DNA of 18,281 bases. Origin: Bdellovibrionia bacterium. GTDB taxonomy: Bacteria > Bdellovibrionota > UBA1018. Both the position numbers and the translations under genes were made by a program. This document shows, one piece after another, positions 8,953-15,866 of this stretch (within the stretch, counting starts at the first letter, position 1; the number at the start of each line of letters is the position of its first letter). The notes under the pieces were generated by a model. It worked only from the letters and a program-made list of their open reading frames with translations, was not told the origin of the DNA and ran no database searches. The stretch spans positions 1 through 18,281 of the forward strand of contig JBMSSC010000046.1 in assembly GCA_049424145.1 (NCBI GenBank), in the 5' to 3' direction.

Positions 8953-9834
8953 CTACCACATCAACTGAGAGAATGTCTCAGCAATGATCTTAGGCTGACC
9001 GGCTTCCTCGGCGATGTAGAGGATCTTCGTTCCGCGCGAGCGATGTCCCCAACCCCCTCCTTTGAGTTTGGAACGATAGTTTTGAGTGAAAGTGACCATG
9101 GAGTACTTGGGATGACGGTAGTACAGAATACTTTCGGGTCCAATCTCAATGGAGGAGTACTTTTGATTGAGTTGGGATTTATAGTTTTTCCAGGCTTTCC
9201 AGTTCTTGCCTTGGGCAGAGAACTCGCTATGGTAATGGGACATGTAGTTTTCAATATTCTTCTTCTCCCAGCTTTGAATCCAGGAGGAAAAGAACTCCTT
9301 GAGTCCCTGATTCTCGGAGGGATGAAGAAAATCCTCCGTCAGCTCCGAGAACACGAGAATGGGAGTCAAACCCAGACGAATGTGGGGCTTAATCTCCTGC
9401 AGCTCTTCATTTTTAACGACGATGCACCCTTGACTATCATAGTTCTTCTTCAATCTCTCGGGCTCATCGGTAGCATGAAGCATGATTCCATTTCCCGTTC
9501 TCCCGGCAATCACATCAAAGGAATTGGGAAAATTCATCGTAAAGCTCATGACCCCAAACTTCTTCTGAAGATGAGGGGGAGTCAGCAAAGCTTGAAACGT
9601 ATAGATCCCCTCGGGCGTCTTTAGGTCGCTCTCGGTCTCCTTATCCCCTTTCACTTGACCTAAAGTGGCATGATAAGTCTTAAGAATTTTATAGCCCCCC
9701 GATTCATAGTCGCAGACATGCAAGGCATTGGTTTTCTTATCCACCAGAAGAACGGAAGGAGGAGCACTTGCTGCAAACGCAACGGGTGAGAGGAAGCCTA
9801 TCAGGAGCATCAAAAAGGGTTTAATTTTTAGCAT
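8953..9834 (-). CDS. Exported YkuD-family LD-carboxypeptidase/transpeptidase with C-terminal NTF2-like domain (Csd6/Pgp2/Bd1075-like)
   Basis: Signal peptide (…SPVAFA), GDK...D.KTPEG.Y, FPNSFD, GNGIMLH and SQGC catalytic His/Cys. C-terminal W...WE...Y...Y...F...W..YK...FTQNY.S...K.LY...I..E pattern matches the Csd6-type NTF2 domain. The start could be GTG 9840. Confidence 0.85.
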   Translation of the reverse strand: MLKIKPFLMLLIGFLSPVAFAASAPPSVLLVDKKTNALHVCDYESGGYKILKTYHATLGQVKGDKETESDLKTPEGIYTFQALLTPPHLQKKFGVMSFTMNFPNSFDVIAGRTGNGIMLHATDEPERLKKNYDSQGCIVVKNEELQEIKPHIRLGLTPILVFSELTEDFLHPSENQGLKEFFSSWIQSWEKKNIENYMSHYHSEFSAQGKNWKAWKNYKSQLNQKYSSIEIGPESILYYRHPKYSMVTFTQNYRSKLKGGGWGHRSRGTKILYIAEEAGQPKIIAETFSQLMW

Positions 9835-9891
9835 GATCACTTCAAATTCTAAAAAACCTGAATTAAACTTTCAAGCTGAGTTCACAGGCTC

Positions 9892-10647
9892 TTAGCGATT
9901 TTCAAGACGCTGACTCACCAGCGGCGTCGTCGTAAAACGGGAGCGCCACCGAAACTGCCAGACCCGAGCCAAGGCTTCAAAAACAATCTTTCGGTGCATT
10001 TTCGACTTACCGACTTTCCGATCCTCAAACACGATGGGAAACTCTTGAATGGAAAACCCTTGAAGAAAGGCTCGATACTTCAGCTCAATTTGAAACGAGT
10101 ACCCGTCAGAGCGCAACGAAGGAAGATCGACTTGCTCTAAAACGTCGCGCCACCAGCCGTTAAACCCTCCGGTGAAGTCACAAATGGGGGCACCCAGAAT
10201 CAAGCGAGAGTAGAGACTTCCGCCTCGACTGAGAATTTTTCTTCCCCAACCCCAATTCACCGTTCCACCCCCAGGAACATAGCGGGAGCCAATCACGACG
10301 GGATGAGTCTTCAGGCACTCAAAAAGAGCCTTCAGATACCGGGGATGATGAGAGAAATCGGCATCCATCTCAATGAATGCATCGAAGCGTTTTTCAGGGT
10401 AGTTGAGACCCCACTGGAAGCCCTGGATATAGGCTGTACCTAAGCCCATTTTCTTCTCTCGATGAAGGACATGAACCCGAGGGTTTTTGGAAGCCCACTG
10501 GTCTGCTAATTTTCCAGTGCCATCGGGTGATCCATCATCAACGACAAGCAAATCGACGGACTCAGAAGTGAGCGATAAGACCTGCTCGATTAAGAGCCCC
10601 AGGTTTTCAATTTCATTGTAGGTCGGGATCACAATCAACGCATTCAT
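9892..10647 (-). CDS. GT2 glycosyltransferase, polyprenol-monophosphomannose synthase (Ppm1/DPM1-like)
   Basis: IVIPTYNE, VVDDGSPDGT, EMDADFSH, GSRYVPGG, DFTGGF, GYSFQIE and FEDR..G.SKM motifs. Start re-called at ATG 10647 (GGAG upstream). Confidence 0.9.
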   Translation of the reverse strand: MNALIVIPTYNEIENLGLLIEQVLSLTSESVDLLVVDDGSPDGTGKLADQWASKNPRVHVLHREKKMGLGTAYIQGFQWGLNYPEKRFDAFIEMDADFSHHPRYLKALFECLKTHPVVIGSRYVPGGGTVNWGWGRKILSRGGSLYSRLILGAPICDFTGGFNGWWRDVLEQVDLPSLRSDGYSFQIELKYRAFLQGFSIQEFPIVFEDRKVGKSKMHRKIVFEALARVWQFRWRSRFTTTPLVSQRLENR

Positions 10648-11034
10648 GATGAAGGAGGCTCCATAAAAAGGCTTCAGTTTCAACTTGTTTGCCTATTGGA
10701 TCACGATTCCCCCGATTTTTCCAAAAAATAGGAAGGATCGAGATCAAATCTCAAGAAATCGATTTTACCGAGATCGCCTGAGAAAAACAAAGAGATGAGC
10801 TCAGCACCGTCTGATGAGAGGAGGTCAACTCGCACCAAGTCCATTTCGCGGAATGATTCTCATCACGCAAGTGAACCCATCTGGCGATTGCAGACTCTCG
10901 ACTTCAAGTGAAATCGGTCTTTCACTGCCCCTCACCTGTGAAAACAGAACGCATGGGGGCTTGAATACAGATCGTATCCGAGGTCAAACCAGTGAGGAGG
11001 GTGGAGCAAGAACTCTTGAGAGCTTTACTAATAT

Positions 11035-11592
11035 TTAAAATGGAATATCGTCTTCAGTAAAAGAAGGCTCCATAGAACCTCCCGAAGGCTGAGAAGGGCC
11101 GGAGGCCGATCCATAGGACTGACCATAGGAAGAAGGAGAACCGGATGACATGCCAAATGGCGCTGAATTCATGGAGCCACCGAATCCGCCCCCATACTCT
11201 CCCATTTCCGAAGACCCACGATCTGAGGAAGGTGCACCTCCAGAAGCTCCTGCTCCGGCTCCTGCAGTGGCTCCGAGAAACTGAACGGTCTGAGCGACCA
11301 CTTCGGTGGTGTACTTGGTTTGATTATCTTTGTCTTGCCATTGGCGGGTCTGGAGCCGGCCTTCCACGTAGACTTGGCGGCCTTTGGAGAGGAACTGGCT
11401 GCAATTTTCAGCGGTCTTTCCCCAAACCACGACTCGGTGCCATTCGGTACGTTCCTGCTTTTGGCCGGACTTATCCATCCAGCTTTCATTTGTGGCAACA
11501 CTGAAGTTTCCAACGGCTGCTCCAGAGGGAGTGTAGCGAACTTCTGGATTTTGCCCTAACCGACCTACCAAGATTACTTTATTGACCGACAT
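11035..11592 (-). CDS. ssb: Single-stranded DNA-binding protein
   Basis: [20 protein letters not shown] and [12 protein letters not shown] motifs, Gly/Ser-rich linker and DDIPF tail. Confidence 0.98.
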   Translation of the reverse strand: MSVNKVILVGRLGQNPEVRYTPSGAAVGNFSVATNESWMDKSGQKQERTEWHRVVVWGKTAENCSQFLSKGRQVYVEGRLQTRQWQDKDNQTKYTTEVVAQTVQFLGATAGAGAGASGGAPSSDRGSSEMGEYGGGFGGSMNSAPFGMSSGSPSSYGQSYGSASGPSQPSGGSMEPSFTEDDIPF

Positions 11593-11599
11593 GGCTCTT

Positions 11600-11629
11600 G
11601 AAGTAGCCTTGTTTAAGTAGGCCTGTCAA
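11600..11629 (-). promoter_or_regulatory. Putative sigma70 promoter of ssb
   Basis: Minus strand TTGACA-N18-TACTTC, ending 7 nt before the ssb ATG. Confidence 0.4.
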
Positions 11630-11638
11630 GGCTGTTTT

Positions 11639-11676
11639 AAAAAGAAGACCAAGGAAGGCTTCCTCAGTCTTCTTTT
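11639..11676 (-). terminator. Intrinsic terminator downstream of ahpC (possibly bidirectional)
   Basis: Minus strand AAAAGAAGAC-TG-AGGAA-gcc-TTCCT-TG-GTCTTCTTTTT forms a continuous stem with G-U pairs on the minus strand and ends in a U-run. Confidence 0.75.
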
Positions 11677-11788
11677 CAGATGGATGGAGCTGAATGAACC
11701 CTGAAAACCGAGCCCAAGGAGAACAAACTCTATGGACGCCACTTCCAGAAACAGGCCTCACCCATCCAGTCCATTCATTCAGCTCTCA

Positions 11789-12355
11789 TTAGATCTTCCC
11801 AACGAGAGCGGCTGACGGCTTTAAGGTCTGAGAGCCGGGACGCCACTTAGCTGGACAGACTTCCTCAGGGTGAGAGGCCACAAACTGAGCGGCCTGAACT
11901 TTTCTCAACAACTCTTCTGCATTTCGGCCAATTCCATTGTCATGGATCTCAGCCACCTTAATCTTTCCATTCGGATCGATCACAAAGGTTCCTCGATACG
12001 CCAAGCCTGCTTCTTCGATATAAACCCCGAAACTTTTTGCTAAAAATCCGGTGGGATCGGCCAGCATGGGATACTGGATTCTTTTAATGGTTGCTGAGGT
12101 ATCATGCCAAGCCTTGTGTACAAAGTGAGTATCGGTACTGATGGAATACACTTCGACTCCAAGGTCCTTAAATGCCTGATACTGATCGGCTAAATCCCCC
12201 AACTCAGTGGGGCAAACAAAGGTAAAATCGGCAGGATAAAAGAAAAAAACAGACCACTTTCCTTTCAAATCCGCTTGAGTCACTTTTTTAAACTTCCCCT
12301 CGTGGTATGCCTCCACTCTGAAATCTGGAACCTGACTATTGATCAATGTTGTCAT
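11789..12355 (-). CDS. ahpC: Alkyl hydroperoxide reductase C (typical 2-Cys peroxiredoxin)
   Basis: FFYPADFTFVCPTE, DTHFVHKAWH, IGRNAEELLRK and EVCPAKW motifs; ends LVGKI. AAGGAG RBS. Confidence 0.97.
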   Translation of the reverse strand: MTTLINSQVPDFRVEAYHEGKFKKVTQADLKGKWSVFFFYPADFTFVCPTELGDLADQYQAFKDLGVEVYSISTDTHFVHKAWHDTSATIKRIQYPMLADPTGFLAKSFGVYIEEAGLAYRGTFVIDPNGKIKVAEIHDNGIGRNAEELLRKVQAAQFVASHPEEVCPAKWRPGSQTLKPSAALVGKI

Positions 12356-12434
12356 GATGAGATTCTCCTTTGGCCTGGACTATCGCTCAAAATCAGATTT
12401 AGACAAGCTGAAATCTTAAAAATCCCTCTGATTT

Positions 12435-12875
12435 TCAGAGCTTTGGGGGTGAAGGAGGCAAAACGGACCTCGATTTTTCACTTTTCTTCTCGGGATAAGG
12501 GATCCCTTTTTCTGCAAACTTCTTTTTCCAGTGGGCCTGAATTTCCTGTTGAGCGGTTTTTAAATCACTGAGGAACAAGTAGGGATCAAATCCACACCCC
12601 GGACAACTCAAGGCAGCGCGAGTTCTCCAACGGTAAACCACCTCAAAAACCATCCAAAACGGCACAAATGACACCAACCCTTTGAGGTGAAACACCTTCC
12701 AAAAGACCGCAGTGAACACACACGAGCTCAGAGCCACTTGAAATCCATGAAAAAACCCCCCGGGCTCAGGTCGAAAGGGAATCCGCCGAGGCGATTTACA
12801 CAGAGGACAATAAAAACACCAAATCTTTGAGGATCGCTCTTTCCAGGGCGATGAAGTGAAAGATTCTGATTCCAT
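12435..12875 (-). CDS. Hypothetical membrane protein with split CxxC...CxxC metal-binding motif
   Basis: FYCPLC, two hydrophobic segments, then SCPGCGFDPY. GAGGGAAAGG upstream; fills the gap between ahpC and the divergent gene. Confidence 0.75.
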   Translation of the reverse strand: MESESFTSSPWKERSSKIWCFYCPLCKSPRRIPFRPEPGGFFHGFQVALSSCVFTAVFWKVFHLKGLVSFVPFWMVFEVVYRWRTRAALSCPGCGFDPYLFLSDLKTAQQEIQAHWKKKFAEKGIPYPEKKSEKSRSVLPPSPPKL

Positions 12876-12917
12876 TCATTGACCTTTCCCTCTTAAGTGT
12901 AGCATAAGTAGGCACTC

Positions 12918-14135
12918 ATGAGAGACCAAAAAAACAGACCTTCCCGATCGGGATTTAAAATTCTTTCCTCACCTCAAACTCCAAAAACCCAGTTCCCCCC
13001 GGCCTGGCTTTGGTTAGTCGATGAGGCCATCCCCACTTGGGTAAAGAAAACCTACAGCCCGAAGGAAACGTGGAAGGACAAACCCTTCTCCAATGAAGAT
13101 GCGGGCTTTTTTTTCAGAGGCATTGAGGAACTTTCTGAGCTGTTCACCGAAGAGCGCTCCCGAGGCTTAGCCAATTACTTTAATCACCCCAAGTTCCGCT
13201 CCTCGTATCTGCTTTATTTTCTCCCCCTTCAGGCTGCTAAATTTTTGACACTCTATCAACTTCATCCGCAGGCCATTGAAGCCGCAGTGAGTGAGGCAGA
13301 AACGCAGGGGGTGATGCGCATTGTGGATTTAGGAGCTGGCCCTGGCACTGCCTCATTGAGTTTGCTCTTATTTCTTCTGGGCCTAAAGATCCCTGAGGAG
13401 CGGTTTCCTAAGAAGATCCAACTCGACTGGTTTGACACGCAGGCGGGAATCATGACGGATGGCAAAGCCTTGGCCGAACAACTGGCCAGCCACTTTCCCA
13501 AGCTCAGAGGTCGACTCGAGGTCCATACGCACTGTCAGCCCTGGTGGAAAGCGACGGACTCGCTCTTAGGCTCCGGCCCAAAACCGGCGCTGATCCTCAT
13601 GGGGCACGTCCTCAATGAATCCAGCCTCCCACAAAAGGAACAAAATGAGTTTTGGCACTCCCTGATGAAGGCTCAAGGAGGAGGCGGAGTCCTCTGGGTG
13701 GAGCCTGCGGCACGACGTCCTTCTCAAGGACTCTCCCAGCTTCGTGACTTATTATTTGAATCTGAAACCCTTCCTCAGACGCCCACACGGATTTGGGGGC
13801 CCTGCCTTCATGCCGGGGCTTGTCCTCTGAGCTCTGGACGAGACTGGTGTCATTTCTCCACCTCTGCTTCGATCCCAGGAGTGTGGTTCCGAAAATTCTC
13901 TGAAGGCTTGGGCTCGGAACGACACTGGCTAAAGTTCAGCTACCTTTGGGTGAGCTCAGAGCAGTACCCTGCACCTCAGCCTGCTCCCCGGCTCAGACGA
14001 GTGGTGAGTGACCCGTTAGACGCCTCCAGTGGACGTCCGACTCTTTTGCTCTGCGAACCGCAGACCGTCAAACGCTGGAGCGTCACGCAAAAAACGTCGA
14101 TTGGGCGCGGGGACTTATTTCAGATTGATCCTTAG
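12918..14135 (+). CDS. Rsm22/METTL17-like SAM-dependent methyltransferase
   Basis: SYLLYFLP, VDLGAGPGTA, HVLNE, WVEPA, GPCLHAGACPL...DWCHF, KFSYL, RVVSDP and LLCEP motifs. Confidence 0.8.
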   Translation: MRDQKNRPSRSGFKILSSPQTPKTQFPPAWLWLVDEAIPTWVKKTYSPKETWKDKPFSNEDAGFFFRGIEELSELFTEERSRGLANYFNHPKFRSSYLLYFLPLQAAKFLTLYQLHPQAIEAAVSEAETQGVMRIVDLGAGPGTASLSLLLFLLGLKIPEERFPKKIQLDWFDTQAGIMTDGKALAEQLASHFPKLRGRLEVHTHCQPWWKATDSLLGSGPKPALILMGHVLNESSLPQKEQNEFWHSLMKAQGGGGVLWVEPAARRPSQGLSQLRDLLFESETLPQTPTRIWGPCLHAGACPLSSGRDWCHFSTSASIPGVWFRKFSEGLGSERHWLKFSYLWVSSEQYPAPQPAPRLRRVVSDPLDASSGRPTLLLCEPQTVKRWSVTQKTSIGRGDLFQIDP

Positions 14136-14204
14136 CAGCACACTCCGCACTCACCCACCCATCGGGTCACTCGGGGTCATTCGTTTTGAAAAAAAAAATG
14201 GAAT

Positions 14205-14233
14205 CCGGCTGGCTCCCTTTCGAGAGCCAGCGG
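14205..14233. terminator. GC-rich hairpin after the Rsm22-like gene (possible terminator)
   Basis: GCTGGCTC/GAGCCAGC 8-bp stem, extendable with a bulge. There is an A-run upstream but no U-run on the plus strand. Confidence 0.35.
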
Positions 14234-14324
14234 TATGAGGCGGGCTAGATTGAATGTTGTTTTGGAGTTTTATTGACAGTCACAGTCGCCCCCAGAGCTA
14301 ACGTTCCGCAACACTTTATGCAAC

Positions 14325-14523
14325 CAGTGAACCAGCAGACGCCTATGCAGCAGGCGTGCCATCGTTGGTTTACTGTTTTCTTCATGAAGCGGCCTCAAAT
14401 CCAAACTCAGAATTCAAAATGCCGTTGCAAAAAGAAATGGCGGCGTTCCTTTTTTTATTCCGTTTCAATCAATTTCAGGCAGAATGTCTCAGCAGTTTAA
14501 TTCAACTTTGCCTGAAAGGACTT
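14325..14523 (+). promoter_or_regulatory. Structured 5' leader (three hairpins) upstream of the desaturase
   Basis: Stems at 14325-14375, 14418-14447 (followed by T7) and 14473-14517. The wobble pairs are G-U on the plus strand. Confidence 0.5.
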
Positions 14524-15696
14524 ATGAGCACGGTCACATTTGATGAAAAGAGTTCGGAGTTTGGGAAGGTTTTAAAAAAACGCGTTTACGGCTACTTGAA
14601 AGACAACAATCTCTCTCAAACGGCAGCCCGTGCCGCTATTTTTAAAATCTTAGTCATCGCTGTCTGCACCCTCGGAAGTTATTTTTACCTGCTCTTGGGC
14701 AATCCTTCGACTGGAGGTGCGATTTTGACCTCCATTTTTTTAGGGATCGTCATTGGTGCCATTGGCTTTAATATCCTTCATGAGTCCGTTCACGGGAATT
14801 TAAGCAAGAACCCCAAGATCAGTCGGCTTTCTTTGTATGCCTGGGAGCTTTTGGGCGCTTGTCACCGCTTCTACAACTTCAGGCATGTCATTATTCATCA
14901 TTCTTTTACTAATATTCCAGGTGTCGATGCGGACCTGGAAAACGAACCCCTGCTCCGCTTCACTGAGAAACAAGCCTTTCGTCCGTGGCATCGTTATCAG
15001 CACTGGTATGCCTGGTTTCTCTACCCCTTCATTACCCTAGAGTGGATTTGGCATGCAGACTGGGTAACCAATAAAACCCACAAACTCGCTTTTTATCGCA
15101 TCCCGATGTCCACTGAAGGGGAGAAGAAGACTTTTTACTTCTTTAAATTCACCCACTTGCTTTATGCACTGGTGATTCCAAGTCTCCTTCATCCGGTTCT
15201 GAGCGTCCTTGGGTGTTACTTTTTGGCCCTTACAGTTTCAGGGTTCATCTTAGGCATTGTCTTCAATCTGGCTCATGCCTTAGACAGCGTTCATTACCCA
15301 GAACCTGATCCCAAGAAAAACCAAATCGCGCAGGACTGGGCCAGCCATCAAATTCGAACCACGAAGAACTTCGCCAACTCCAATCCCATTCTTTCTTCCT
15401 ACTTAGGTGGCCTCAACTACCAGGTGGAGCACCATCTTTTCCCCCGAATTCATCACTCGCTATACCCCAAAATTAAACCCATCGTGATGCAGACGTGTGC
15501 CGAATTCAACTTGCAGTACCAAGAGTATCGGACCCTGGCCGAGGGAATTGCCTCTCACTTTCGGCACCTTTACGCCATGGGCCATCCTCAAGCCAAAGCG
15601 AATGTGAAATTCACAGGTGAAAAAACCTTAGACAGTTCTTTCAGCACCCTCCCCCACGCAGGGGAGTTTGAACCGAAAGCCGTTTCAGTCTATTAA
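14524..15696 (+). CDS. Membrane fatty acid desaturase (bacterial linoleoyl-CoA/front-end type, no cytochrome b5 domain)
   Basis: His boxes HESVH, HVIIHH (…FTNIPGVDAD) and QVEHHLFP; multiple TM segments. Start re-called at ATG 14524 (AAAGGA upstream). Confidence 0.92.
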   Translation: MSTVTFDEKSSEFGKVLKKRVYGYLKDNNLSQTAARAAIFKILVIAVCTLGSYFYLLLGNPSTGGAILTSIFLGIVIGAIGFNILHESVHGNLSKNPKISRLSLYAWELLGACHRFYNFRHVIIHHSFTNIPGVDADLENEPLLRFTEKQAFRPWHRYQHWYAWFLYPFITLEWIWHADWVTNKTHKLAFYRIPMSTEGEKKTFYFFKFTHLLYALVIPSLLHPVLSVLGCYFLALTVSGFILGIVFNLAHALDSVHYPEPDPKKNQIAQDWASHQIRTTKNFANSNPILSSYLGGLNYQVEHHLFPRIHHSLYPKIKPIVMQTCAEFNLQYQEYRTLAEGIASHFRHLYAMGHPQAKANVKFTGEKTLDSSFSTLPHAGEFEPKAVSVY

Positions 15697-15707
15697 GACC
15701 AAAGAAT

Positions 15708-15753
15708 CCAGGACTTGCTCTCGGGCAATCCCACTCGTTCGTGCAAGTCCTGG
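15708..15753. repeat. 11-bp perfect inverted repeat after the desaturase stop
   Basis: CCAGGACTTGC (15708-15718) / GCAAGTCCTGG (15743-15753), with an inner GGG-caat-CCC hairpin and no U-tract. Confidence 0.6.
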
Positions 15754-15757
15754 TTCA

Positions 15758-15773
15758 TGGCATCCCTCTTGCT
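15758..15773 (+). promoter_or_regulatory. Putative sigma54 (RpoN) promoter
   Basis: TGGCATCCCTCTTGCT fits TGGCAY-N5-TTGCW with exact GG-N10-GC spacing, about 95 nt upstream of ORF 15867. Confidence 0.6.
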
Positions 15774-15866
15774 CTTCCGCTCCCGCCGCTCACAGCCCTC
15801 CTCTTTTTGAGATCAACAAAAGCCCATCGCACGGGGCGTGATCCGGCACGAAAGAGAAAGTGAACG

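Noticed and set aside
9043..9624. 193-aa plus-strand ORF
   Set aside because: Entirely antisense to the well-supported LD-peptidase gene and has no motifs; a shadow ORF.
10655..10697. Minus-strand GGCAAAC...GAAA resembling a c-di-GMP-I riboswitch start
   Set aside because: No paired P2 stem around GAAA and no downstream GACGCAAAG-type segment.
10811..10836. CTGATGAG resembling a hammerhead ribozyme core
   Set aside because: The putative stem II (GAG...CTC) is followed by GCAC rather than the required GAAA, and stems I and III are not evident.
10815..11010. Fragments reminiscent of RNase P RNA or tmRNA (ACAGAAC, GGGGGC, CTCCACC)
   Set aside because: The conserved GAGGAAAGUCC and tRNA-like ends are missing or in the wrong order or strand.
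10814..11038. 74-aa plus-strand ORF in the ssb-GT2 gap
   Set aside because: No convincing RBS or recognisable protein features.
11060..11265. Low-complexity repetitive stretch in ssb and the alternative-frame ORFs over it
   Set aside because: This is the normal Gly/Ser-rich SSB linker, not a repeat array.
14273..14304. TTGACA...TAACGT as the desaturase sigma70 promoter
   Set aside because: The 20-nt spacer is too long for a confident call.
14356..14523. 56-aa N-terminal extension of the desaturase
   Set aside because: No SD at the GTG start and no cytochrome b5 HPGG motif; the region is better explained as a structured leader.
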